Assembly (NCBI GenBank): GCA_020632255.1
Contig: JACKFX010000006.1
Location: 13,399 to 77,398, forward strand
Direction: 5' to 3'
Origin: Pseudomonadales bacterium
GTDB taxonomy: Bacteria; Patescibacteriota; Microgenomatia; UBA1400; PJMF01
DNA length: 64,000 nt
Shown: piece after piece, positions 47,546 to 56,728 of the stretch
Layout of the letters: every line of letters starts with the position of its first letter
Numbering within the stretch: position 1 is the stretch's first letter
Made by a program: the position numbers and the translations under genes
Notes under the pieces: model-generated
The model's input: the letters and a program-made list of their open reading frames with translations, nothing else
Told to the model about the DNA's origin: nothing
Databases searched by the model: none

Positions 47546-48364
47546 CTACGAACGAAGCTCAACTGGCCAGAATTGATCTCTAGCCATTACACTGAACTCA
47601 ATTCCTCTTGATGCAGACACAACTTTGAACTCCCCAACTGGGTCATAGGTGTCGCCATCCGGCCACAGCACTGGCTCTTGTCCAAATGCTCCAGCCAAAA
47701 AAATCAGTAAGTCTACTGGATTTGGTGTAAGTAAGTCAAAATGGATTTTTTCTGGTGCATCAACTTTTCCAGGAAAAAATTGGTGTTCAACATACACAAC
47801 CCCATTGGGTGCCCTGCCATCGACAATATCAACTGGCAAGTACAAACGTTGGTGATCATCAGCCGGCCTATTTAATATATCTGTCTGATTCTGCCGTGCA
47901 TATGCAATAGCCGCATCCCACATCGCATCCTCACTACCATGTCGATATCCGACATGGTGAAGACTAACGTCATTCAGCATTGCATACACTAAAGTAGCAG
48001 CAATCACACGATCAACCTCTTGAGGAAGTCCTGAAATAGCAGCTGCCAAATCATCAAATAAGACACCCCCCATCCAACCATATGATTTAACATAATCCTG
48101 GAAAGGCGTAACAGCAAAGCGATTAGTCTGTCGCTCTCTCGAGGCGACAATCAGCTCTCCAAACTTTCCATAGGCAATACCCGATACAGTAGGATCACTA
48201 AGTGATCCTCCCAAAGGTTGCCCAATGGCGATCGTCCCAAGTTGCTCATCAATGTACCCCAGTACCCCGTATGAAACGGGAAATGCTGGGTGTCCAAAAA
48301 CTTGCAACATTTGAAAAAGTAAATCTCCCAGATCAATACCTCGTTGTAACTCTTTTGTATCCAT
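47546..48364 (-). CDS. Hypothetical protein (273 aa).
   Basis: The start MDTKEL is preceded by GGAGG. The ORF extends to 48595, with a possible signal-peptide-like MTKGLLYILLLF start. Confidence 0.45.
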   Translation of the reverse strand: MDTKELQRGIDLGDLLFQMLQVFGHPAFPVSYGVLGYIDEQLGTIAIGQPLGGSLSDPTVSGIAYGKFGELIVASRERQTNRFAVTPFQDYVKSYGWMGGVLFDDLAAAISGLPQEVDRVIAATLVYAMLNDVSLHHVGYRHGSEDAMWDAAIAYARQNQTDILNRPADDHQRLYLPVDIVDGRAPNGVVYVEHQFFPGKVDAPEKIHFDLLTPNPVDLLIFLAGAFGQEPVLWPDGDTYDPVGEFKVVSASRGIEFSVMARDQFWPVELRS

Positions 48365-48744
48365 GGTTCCTCCATTTGGATATAGCTTGATTTGAAATAA
48401 ATTAACGAATAACAGCAAAATGTATAACAAGCCTTTTGTCATACTTTCACTGCAAGTGCTGTATTGTAGCATAAAAAGAATGATGCAGAGGGAAATAAAG
48501 TAAACAAAAACAGCCCTGCGTGAGAGGTGAACGATTCCCGGAGGAACCAAGTGGGTAGGAAGCACACTACTCCTCGGAGCAGAGCGACAATCCATAACCC
48601 GTTTATGAAGTGTTCAGGAAAACTCTTCAACCTCTCACGCAGGGCTGTCTTTTAATGTTCTAGATTCCTTTCGGAATTTCGTTCAGTTGTATCTTAAGTA
48701 TACAACAGTTCTTTTCAACTCAAAATATGAGTAAAGACCTCACT

Positions 48745-49629
48745 TTAGCTCAGTTCTTTGACCCACTCTGATACCTTTTCTCCATATTTTTCTTGATCGA
48801 GGACAAACTTTAGATGAGCTTTGAAGTAGTTTTCTGGATCACCAGTAGTCATCCACTCTCCTTTAGTTTTACCAACTAAGATTCGCTTGGTTTTAGCAAC
48901 TTGGGTAATTGCATCTACTGTCCAAAGTTCATTGTCTTTTCCAGTATTACTTGGAACGAGATACTGCATCACATCTGGAGTCAATAAGTAGCGACCGTAT
49001 GAGCCTAGGCGAGATGGTTCTGTTCCTTTGTTTGGTTTTTCAACAATATAGTCAAGATCTGTACTCGAATCTGCTTTAAATTTTATGATTCCATACTTAT
49101 GTACCACATCTAAACTAACTTCTTGAGACATGATAATTCCAGAAACATCTGGATTGGCTTCATACAAATCTACCATTGTCTTAGCATCTCGTTGAGCGCC
49201 AAAAATAATGTCATCACTATACATAACCAAGAAAGCTTCCTCCCCATCAATAAATCGTTGAGCTGATGCCACTGGAGAGCCATTCCCATATGGTAAACTT
49301 TCATCCTGAGTAATCACCACAATTTTTGGAAAATCCAACACATGTTGGACTGGCTCGTAGCGATCCTCTTTTCCCTGTGCTGCCAGTTGTTTACGAATAC
49401 GGTTTACATTGTTATTAAAGTAGTCTTCATACACTGGCTTGCCCTCTGGAGTAGCCACAATAATAATTTCTTCAATGCCCGCTTCAGCACACTCTTCAAC
49501 GATAAACTGCATAATTGGCTTGTTTCCGAGAGGAAGCATACCTTTTGGTACTGTCTTGGTGATTGGCAGATAACGACTCGCGAAACCAGCGTCAGTTATG
49601 ATCGCTTTTCTAACTCGTTTTTCGTGCAT
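48745..49629 (-). CDS. Second GalU-type UTP--glucose-1-phosphate uridylyltransferase paralog.
   Basis: ITDAGFASRYLPITKTVPKGMLPL is the same family motif as the 7333-8184 gene, but the sequence is divergent. Confidence 0.75.
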   Translation of the reverse strand: MHEKRVRKAIITDAGFASRYLPITKTVPKGMLPLGNKPIMQFIVEECAEAGIEEIIIVATPEGKPVYEDYFNNNVNRIRKQLAAQGKEDRYEPVQHVLDFPKIVVITQDESLPYGNGSPVASAQRFIDGEEAFLVMYSDDIIFGAQRDAKTMVDLYEANPDVSGIIMSQEVSLDVVHKYGIIKFKADSSTDLDYIVEKPNKGTEPSRLGSYGRYLLTPDVMQYLVPSNTGKDNELWTVDAITQVAKTKRILVGKTKGEWMTTGDPENYFKAHLKFVLDQEKYGEKVSEWVKELS

Positions 49630-49881
49630 AAGATCTCCTTAGTGATCGTTGTACTATTCGTATACGTCTATTGTACACGGTTTGATGAGTAAAGTTGAAA
49701 ACCAAGTTTTTAGCCTGGAGCATCATGTTTCAATGCTCTAAACATCACACTTTTTCATACATTGTAGCATTTTTTTGTCTATTCCACTCATTTTTTAAGC
49801 ACAACTTGATTAAATTGCTCAAAAATTCAGACTAAACATTCCTAAAAAAATCAGGTAGTATGTATGTGAGCATACTAACTA

Positions 49882-50859
49882 GTGCGCACATTTATGGCAA
49901 AACATCCACAGCAAACCTCTCCTCTTCAGACCCTGATGCAAGCTACCAGTGATTTTCTAGTTGGCTTTAGTGTCTTCTTGATTATTTCTGGTTTAATTGG
50001 AACTGTGTTTGTGCTTCAAGACTTACAAGAGAATACGTCTCAAGATGTCCGTTCAGATGCAAGTACTGCCACACCACAAGTAGAAATTGCGACAACCGAG
50101 CCGATCTGCCAAACGCTCGATGTCTGTCTTTCCGAAGCCATCGAAGGTCAAACTCAATCTTGTAGTCCTACAGAAATATGTGAAATCCCTCCAGGTTGTT
50201 ACCTCGAAACGATTAGCTGCTTCAGAGAACCATGTGACGTAGATCCTCAAGTTGTTATCTGTCCAGAAAGACTTGATGATATCTTCTTCGCAGATATCAC
50301 AGAACTCGACTCACCTCGCTTCTACACAGATGAAGCCATGACACAAGAAGTATCAGAAGAAAGCCTTGAAGAAGGCAATCGCTACTTCATCAAATCACAA
50401 ATTGAGGTACAAAATGTGGTCAAAAATAGTCTGCCTTCGGACCTTTCTTTTAGTATACGAATGAAAGTTAATGAATCACTTGACTCAGTGAAGCTAGCAA
50501 AATACAACATGCTAACTGAACACCGTGACGGCTACGCCGATATTCTTTCGGGACCTTTTACCGCTAAAAGAAACAACATCGTTGCCTACGAAGTTGGTTC
50601 ACATGATAATAATGGCAACATCCTCATCCCAGAAACAAATTACGACAACAACAAACACCTACACACCTTTTCCGCACAAGCTTGTGCAAACAATCCAGAT
50701 TTAAATAATGATAACAAAGTCGATCTTCGAGACTTCTCCATTCTCAGCCGAGAATTCTTCAAAACAGGCACTAACACTCCAGCAGATATCAACTGTGATG
50801 GAACCGTCAATATTCTTGATTACTCGATCTTAGCAACCAACTTTAGTGTCACAAAATAA
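49882..50859 (+). CDS. Membrane-anchored/secreted protein with a C-terminal type-I dockerin-like module.
   Basis: N-terminal TM/signal segment. The C-terminus has two calcium-binding-loop repeats: DLNNDNKVDLRDFSIL... and DINCDGTVNILDYSILATNF. Confidence 0.6.
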   Translation: MRTFMAKHPQQTSPLQTLMQATSDFLVGFSVFLIISGLIGTVFVLQDLQENTSQDVRSDASTATPQVEIATTEPICQTLDVCLSEAIEGQTQSCSPTEICEIPPGCYLETISCFREPCDVDPQVVICPERLDDIFFADITELDSPRFYTDEAMTQEVSEESLEEGNRYFIKSQIEVQNVVKNSLPSDLSFSIRMKVNESLDSVKLAKYNMLTEHRDGYADILSGPFTAKRNNIVAYEVGSHDNNGNILIPETNYDNNKHLHTFSAQACANNPDLNNDNKVDLRDFSILSREFFKTGTNTPADINCDGTVNILDYSILATNFSVTK

Positions 50860-50870
50860 AGGTACAAAGC

Positions 50871-52598
50871 ATGAAAAAAACAACTCGCTCATTCTTACAA
50901 AAACCTTCTACAACTGGAGTTCTCATTGGGGTATTGGTAGTTGCCTTTAGTGTCGTCGGATTACTCTTAGTCCAAACTCCGCTTGAGCAACCTCAAGACG
51001 TACGTCGTCAAGCTTCTATTGATAGAGGTCAAGTAACTGTTTCACATAGTGTTCAGCCAAGTGAGCTGTCTGTTGGCCAAACCAATACAGTCATGCTTTC
51101 AGTCAATACTGCAGGCGTACCCACTGACGGTATTCAAGTTCTTTTCAATGTCGTCACCGACACCTTCGACAGTATGACCGCAGATATTGTTACTGATGGC
51201 GGTCTTCAAGCTGCAGGAACACAAATTGAGCGCACTCAAGATGGCTTCTTGGTTCAAGCACTCGCCCTACCTGCCACAATTGGGCAACCATTTGTAACTA
51301 CTGGAGATATCTCACTTGTTTTTCTTAGGATGAGCTTCACCCCCACAAAATCCGGCACAATTGCCTTTAACTTTGACCGAGAGGAATCGATCTCCATTCT
51401 CCATGGGAGCAATCCCCTCGAGGACAAACTTAACCATATCAGCCCCTTCACTTTGACTGTCACCGAGGACGGTGATCCCGAAACTTCATCATCTCCATCT
51501 CCGACAGTAACTCCAACTCCCACCCCATCACCTTCTCCATCGCCAGATGCAGTTGGTGGTATTCAAGTTGTAAGTTGTAATCAAGAATGTTCAAGCAATG
51601 CCGAGTGTAGTGTCAATCAACGCTGTTACAACGTTGACGGCACAAACCGCTGTCGCTTAGCAGTCAATCCAACTAACGATCGATGTATTACTGCCGACGT
51701 TGGACCAAACTACAGCTGTAACCACGGTTGTGCAGACACAAATGAGTGTGTAGCTGGTCTTACTTGCTGGTACAACCAATGTCGAAACCCACTTAATGTC
51801 GAAAGCACCAGCTGTGCTGAATTAACACAAACCCAAACTGAAAGTCTTGCTGCTAATTGTAACGCCAGTTGTGAAAGCAATAACGATTGTGACATCAACC
51901 TACGTTGCTACAACGGAGCATGCCGCTTGGTAACTAACCCAAGTAGTTCGACCTGTAGCGCAGCAACTTCTAAAACCATTTCATCTGTTTACTCTACTCC
52001 AAAAGGTGGAGCTCCATCAGAAATCATGGAAAAAACAGATTCGACTAAAACTGCGACCTCAGCAGCAAACGATTCTCCATCGCCTGTAACGACACCACTG
52101 CCAGCTACTGAAGTCACTGAAGAAACCACGACTGGCATGACACTTGAAGACACTCCAGTTTCAGAAAACGAAACTGCACTCGACGTGTTGATGACGATGA
52201 TGAAGAGTCCAGACTCTGCGCTGCCACTCATTATCATCGGATCTGGTATTGGGTTGCTTATCCTGTCTCTAATCATTATTGGCGTGCGCCACATGACAGG
52301 TGGCAGCGCAAGTCCTGCCCCAAGCCGCACTGCAACACCAACCACCACACCAACCCCAAAGCCACAGCCGGTTGTCAACCGCACTGACTTGGGTACGCCA
52401 TTAACAACAGCACGCAACATGACTACTCCAACTGCAAGTATGCCAACCCAGCACAGCCTGCAAACGCAGTCAGTTGCTGCACAAGGCATGCCTCCAGCTG
52501 CCACCCAACCAAGTGCAAGTGGCCAATCAAGCATGCTGCAACGTATGAAGGATAAAGGAATTTCTGCACCACAGACACCTTCCAAGACACAAAAATAA
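50871..52598 (+). CDS. Surface protein with an N-terminal signal anchor, a cohesin-like beta domain, a Pro/Thr linker, three 6-Cys repeats, a TM helix and a P/T/Q-rich tail.
   Basis: The cohesin-like block is TVMLSVNTAGVPTDGIQVLFNV...ISLVFLRMSFTPTKSGTIAFNFD. The repeats are CNQECSSNAEC...C, CNHGCADTNEC...C and CNASCESNNDC...C. The TM helix is LPLIIIGSGIGLLILSLIIIGV. Confidence 0.45.
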   Translation: MKKTTRSFLQKPSTTGVLIGVLVVAFSVVGLLLVQTPLEQPQDVRRQASIDRGQVTVSHSVQPSELSVGQTNTVMLSVNTAGVPTDGIQVLFNVVTDTFDSMTADIVTDGGLQAAGTQIERTQDGFLVQALALPATIGQPFVTTGDISLVFLRMSFTPTKSGTIAFNFDREESISILHGSNPLEDKLNHISPFTLTVTEDGDPETSSSPSPTVTPTPTPSPSPSPDAVGGIQVVSCNQECSSNAECSVNQRCYNVDGTNRCRLAVNPTNDRCITADVGPNYSCNHGCADTNECVAGLTCWYNQCRNPLNVESTSCAELTQTQTESLAANCNASCESNNDCDINLRCYNGACRLVTNPSSSTCSAATSKTISSVYSTPKGGAPSEIMEKTDSTKTATSAANDSPSPVTTPLPATEVTEETTTGMTLEDTPVSENETALDVLMTMMKSPDSALPLIIIGSGIGLLILSLIIIGVRHMTGGSASPAPSRTATPTTTPTPKPQPVVNRTDLGTPLTTARNMTTPTASMPTQHSLQTQSVAAQGMPPAATQPSASGQSSMLQRMKDKGISAPQTPSKTQK

Positions 52599-52843
52599 TC
52601 AGAAAAAACTCCCTAAAAAGTGGTAAAAAAGATCGTGAAGTTAGGGTATTTCAAAAATCGATGTTATTTGTTACAATACTTGCCTATGAACTCACTGCAA
52701 AACTCCAATCAGTTTACTTTTAGTTCTATTTTGGCACAACAAGTTTTTTCTTCTTTCTCAAGTAGTCAAAACTACTATCGGCATCAGAAAAAACTGTTCT
52801 GCTCAAAATATACTCAAAAATTAAATCTTACTGGAGTTTCACA

Positions 52844-53029
52844 ATGAGTTCGTTCAAACCTGCACAGTACTTTAAAGAAGTTGCTCGCGAAGTCAAGAAA
52901 GTTTCTTGGCCATCTAGAGAACAAACACAAGAAAAGACACTGCTCGTGCTTACCGTCAGTATTATTATTGGATTGTACATCGGTGTACTCGACTTTGTGT
53001 TCTCAAAGTTACTCGCAGCTTTGGTCTAA
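52844..53029 (+). CDS. secE: Preprotein translocase subunit SecE.
   Basis: 61 aa with a single C-terminal TM helix, KEVAREVKKVSWPSREQ, positioned before nusG. Confidence 0.8.
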   Translation: MSSFKPAQYFKEVAREVKKVSWPSREQTQEKTLLVLTVSIIIGLYIGVLDFVFSKLLAALV

Positions 53030-53088
53030 AAATTACAGGAAAAAATTGGTATATACAACTGCCCAAGTAGGTTGGCACGAAAAAAATT

Positions 53089-53700
53089 ATGACAGACAAC
53101 ACACCAACACCACCAGAAGTTCAAGAAGTTAAGATCCAAACCCCAAACTTGATCAAGGTTTCTGACGCTGAAAACCGTAAAGCTCGCTGGTATGTCGTTC
53201 ACGCCTACTCTGGTCACGAAAACAAAGTTGCTGAAGCACTCAAACAACGTGCAGAAACTCTCAACTTGACCGATAAAATCCTCGGAATCCTCATTCCAAC
53301 TCAAGAAAAAATTCAAATTAAGCGCGGAAACCGCAAGACAGTCAGTGAAAAAATCTTCCCAGGATACATGCTGGTGCAGATGGAACTCACTGACGACTCA
53401 TGGTTAGCTGTTCGCACTACTCAAGGTGTGACAGGCTTTGTCGGTGTTGGTAACAAGCCAACTGCCCTTCCAAAACACGAAGTTAAAGCAATCATGAAGT
53501 ACATGACTCAGGCTGCTCCATCATACAAGGCAGATTATGTCGAAGGTGAAGCTATCCGTATCGTCGATGGTCCTTTCAACGACTTCCTCGGTACTGTCAA
53601 CTCTATCAACGAAGAAAAGGGTCAAGTTGAAGTCTTGGTCAACATCTTTGGTCGCGAAACCCCAGTGGTTCTCGACTTCTTACAAGTAAAGAAAGTATAA
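53089..53700 (+). CDS. nusG: Transcription termination/antitermination factor NusG.
   Basis: NGN domain (WYVVHAYSGHENKV) and KOW motif (GEAIRIVDGPFNDFLGTV). Confidence 0.9.
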   Translation: MTDNTPTPPEVQEVKIQTPNLIKVSDAENRKARWYVVHAYSGHENKVAEALKQRAETLNLTDKILGILIPTQEKIQIKRGNRKTVSEKIFPGYMLVQMELTDDSWLAVRTTQGVTGFVGVGNKPTALPKHEVKAIMKYMTQAAPSYKADYVEGEAIRIVDGPFNDFLGTVNSINEEKGQVEVLVNIFGRETPVVLDFLQVKKV

Positions 53701-53741
53701 GCACTCCATAACAGGACAGAAATAAAACGGAAACACGTATT

Positions 53742-54167
53742 ATGGCAAAAAAAATAATTAACATCCTCAAACTCAACCTCCCAGCTGGTACTGCAACTCC
53801 AGCTCCTCCAGTTGGACCTATTCTTGGTCAGGCTGGTATCAACATGATGGACTTCTTGAAGCAATACAACGCTGCCACTCAAGATAAAAAAGGTCAAACC
53901 ATCCCTGCTGAAATCACTGTCTATGCAGACCGTTCATTTACTTTTGAACTCAAGCTGCCTCCAGTTTCAGCTATGATCAAGCAAGCACTCAAACTCAAAG
54001 CTGGTAGTTCTACTACTGGTCGCCAGGTTGTCGGAACTCTCACTCAAGCCCAGCTTCGTGAGATCGCTACCGAAAAACTTCCAGACCTCAATACCAACGA
54101 TGTTGAAGCAGCTATGAAAACTGTTGCCGGTGCTGCTCGCAGTATGGGTGTTAAAATTGCTGAGTAA
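53742..54167 (+). CDS. rplK: 50S ribosomal protein L11.
   Basis: PAGTATPAPPVGPILGQAGINMMDF motif. Confidence 0.95.
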   Translation: MAKKIINILKLNLPAGTATPAPPVGPILGQAGINMMDFLKQYNAATQDKKGQTIPAEITVYADRSFTFELKLPPVSAMIKQALKLKAGSSTTGRQVVGTLTQAQLREIATEKLPDLNTNDVEAAMKTVAGAARSMGVKIAE

Positions 54168-54240
54168 GCAACGTCTTACTCACCCAAAATTGTATATTAG
54201 TAGTTACTTATACCCCGCTTAGACGGAATTAAGGAGATAT

Positions 54241-54954
54241 ATGGGATCAAAGAAAAATGTCGACATGTCTCAGTCAGAAACTGAAGTCAAGATAGTCGAA
54301 TCTACCCAACCAGAAGAAGAAGGAACTGTTACCGAAACTTCAGTTGCAGCTCCAAAAAAAGAAACTCGTGGTCGCAGCAAGAAGTATGTTGCTGTTCGCT
54401 CACAAGTCGATAAAACTAAGGTCTACGACCCGTTTTCAGCTATCGAGTTAGTTAAGAAGCTCTCTTACAGTGCTTTCGACGGAACTATTACCGTTGACGC
54501 AGTCCTTAGAGAAGTTGGAGCAGTTGGGAAACTCACCCTTCCTCACTCAACCGGCAAATCTGTAAAGGTTGCCATCGTTGATGACGCTCTCATTGCTGAG
54601 ATTGAGGCAGGAAACATCGACTTCGATTTTCTCGTCACTACTCCACAGTTCATGCCAAAATTGGCTAAACACGCTCGTGTGTTAGGTCCTCGTGGATTAA
54701 TGCCAAATCCTAAAAACGGAACTGTCACTGGTAACCCAGAACAAAAGAAAGCTGACCTCGAAAAAGGTGAACTTACCATTAAAACTGAGAAAAAGCGCCC
54801 CGTTATTCACGTAACAATTGGAAAAGTCTCTCAAGACACCAAAGAACTCGTTGAAAACTACAAGGCACTTATCAAGTTCCTCGGAATCAAAGTAACTAAA
54901 ACAACCATTTCAGCTACGATGAGCCCTGGTGTAAAGATTGATTTTAAAGGCTAA
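54241..54954 (+). CDS. rplA: 50S ribosomal protein L1.
   Basis: The pattern is typical of L1, with an N-terminal extension. Confidence 0.9.
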   Translation: MGSKKNVDMSQSETEVKIVESTQPEEEGTVTETSVAAPKKETRGRSKKYVAVRSQVDKTKVYDPFSAIELVKKLSYSAFDGTITVDAVLREVGAVGKLTLPHSTGKSVKVAIVDDALIAEIEAGNIDFDFLVTTPQFMPKLAKHARVLGPRGLMPNPKNGTVTGNPEQKKADLEKGELTIKTEKKRPVIHVTIGKVSQDTKELVENYKALIKFLGIKVTKTTISATMSPGVKIDFKG

Positions 54955-55023
54955 GTTACCAAACTGGCAGCTTACAATAATAAAAAAGGGCATTTAAAAA
55001 ACATGTTCTTTTTGCAAGTCAAA

Positions 55024-55380
55024 CTAGTGTTCTTTATTATTGGAAATCGAACCCTCGACACCAATATCTCTAAGACTAATTTCTTTAGTAATTCTATGCA
55101 TAACTTGCTCAATAGTTAACTCAGAAGTGTCAACAATTTTTGCACTATTTGAAACTGTCATCGGCGAGACAACGCGCTCTGAATCCTTGCTATCTCGAGC
55201 AAGGATCGCGTTAAGAACTTCTTCATATGAAATTGAATGCTGTTGTTCCACCAGCTGAGCATGTCTTCGCTGTGCTCTGACTTCTGCAGAAGCTACTAAA
55301 AAGAAACTATTTTGAGATTCTGGAAATACATTCACTGCTAAATCTCTGCCAGTAAACACAATCTTTCCTTCGTGTTCCAT
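55024..55380 (-). pseudogene. cmk: Cytidylate kinase, C-terminal half only (N-terminal P-loop/NMP-binding half absent).
   Basis: GRDLAVNVFPES..FLVASAEVRAQRR...ARDSKDSERVVSP...VDTSELTIEQV aligns to Cmk residues ~105 to the end. Only 97 nt lie upstream before a divergent gene, and no P-loop ORF occurs in any frame. Confidence 0.6.
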
Positions 55381-55405
55381 TGCAACTTCTCTTAATTTTG
55401 CGGTT

Positions 55406-55434
55406 GACTTATAGGATATTTTCGATAAAATTCA
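55406..55434 (+). promoter_or_regulatory. Sigma70-like promoter for the 55478 gene.
   Basis: TTGACT, 17 bp, then TAAAAT. Confidence 0.4.
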
Positions 55435-55477
55435 ATAATTACACATCAAATATGTACGATTAATTGGGAAAATCAGT

Positions 55478-56728
55478 ATGAAAAGATGTATAGAATCATA
55501 CCAGTCTGAGCACCGAGCACTAAACCATCGAGGGAAAAACGCTGTCTTAGCCACAAAAGAGTATCTGAAAGAATATGCACTTACTCAAATTGAGGTAGCT
55601 GATTCACAAACAAACTGGGCCACCAATAGTCGTCCAGTTGTAGAACTCAACAATTTTCGTAGTACTGACACTACTGCTGAGCAGCGCTTCTTTCAACCAA
55701 TTATTCCCAGTAAAATAATTGATGAATCAACAGAATCATCATATAACTCTGAAGTAACACACTCAGACCAAATGGATATTAATGCGCTCTACCTTTCCTT
55801 GCTTGGTATACTAGCTGGGGAAATTCCAGTTGATGCCGAATTCAAAGAAACACTGTTAGACAGAGCCTCAGCACTACTTTTTGGTGAAGCTAGCATTGCT
55901 CACTTTGCTGTTCAAAGCAATTTAAACCAAGCATACAACTCACTTTACCCTAACGGACTAAAATATGTTGACGCTGGAAAACTCGACCATTACGTGCTCA
56001 CCGCACAATCTTTCTACGCAATTCTGGCAAACCGTGGTGTCCCAACTGTAGATATTCATGACTTTGTACACCATGCTGCACAATTTCGACAGTGGCCTGA
56101 ATTTTATATTCCACTTTATAACATTGCTGCACTAATTAATGATGCATTACGTGAAGATGACATCAATAACAACACACCTCTCTATAAAGTAAAGCAACTG
56201 GTAAGCTTTATCTCTTTTGCTACTGCCGAATACTCAATAGTGGCAGATGGTAATCCTCAAAATAATTATAGTTTTGGTTGTTTACTCTACCAATATCCAA
56301 GAAAAAGTCCCATGAGCCAGGTAAACCTATTAACAGATGGTGTTAGCCCCAGAGAATTTACTCACTGGAACAGCGTTCGAGCGCTAATGTCGCTCCAACG
56401 TCGAGTTCTTGAGGCTCGCCACTTGTTTGGAAATGATATTCACTGGTTAAACCAACTTGGATACCAGCTTCCAGAGCAGTATCATCCTACTCTTTCTAAA
56501 AATGGTAAAACACTTCATGAACCACTCAGACATGTTCCAAGAGAACATCAGCTCGACTTTGGTGGCCTTCGCTTTCCTGATGGACCAATTGATTTATTCG
56601 AAAATGCAACCACTTTGCTACTAAGTGAAGTTCAACACCCCGCTCTGCTACATGCACTTCCACAAACTTCCCAAAGTACCCTCGAAGAATGGACAGAAGT
56701 ACTGAGAACACAGTATGGAAAAAATTAA
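55478..56728 (+). CDS. Hypothetical protein (416 aa).
   Basis: Clean ORF, no motif recognised. It overlaps the next gene by 14 nt. Confidence 0.45.
   Translation: MKRCIESYQSEHRALNHRGKNAVLATKEYLKEYALTQIEVADSQTNWATNSRPVVELNNFRSTDTTAEQRFFQPIIPSKIIDESTESSYNSEVTHSDQMDINALYLSLLGILAGEIPVDAEFKETLLDRASALLFGEASIAHFAVQSNLNQAYNSLYPNGLKYVDAGKLDHYVLTAQSFYAILANRGVPTVDIHDFVHHAAQFRQWPEFYIPLYNIAALINDALREDDINNNTPLYKVKQLVSFISFATAEYSIVADGNPQNNYSFGCLLYQYPRKSPMSQVNLLTDGVSPREFTHWNSVRALMSLQRRVLEARHLFGNDIHWLNQLGYQLPEQYHPTLSKNGKTLHEPLRHVPREHQLDFGGLRFPDGPIDLFENATTLLLSEVQHPALLHALPQTSQSTLEEWTEVLRTQYGKN

Noticed and set aside
47546-48595. Longer 349-aa form of the 47546 gene starting at 48595 (MDCRSAPRSS...)
   Set aside because: The upstream 75 codons are Arg/Pro/Ser-rich from GC-poor antisense-like sequence. 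The terminator of the downstream element and a strong GGAGG-ATG at 48364 favour the shorter form. The signal-peptide-like alternative at 48442 is kept only as a note.
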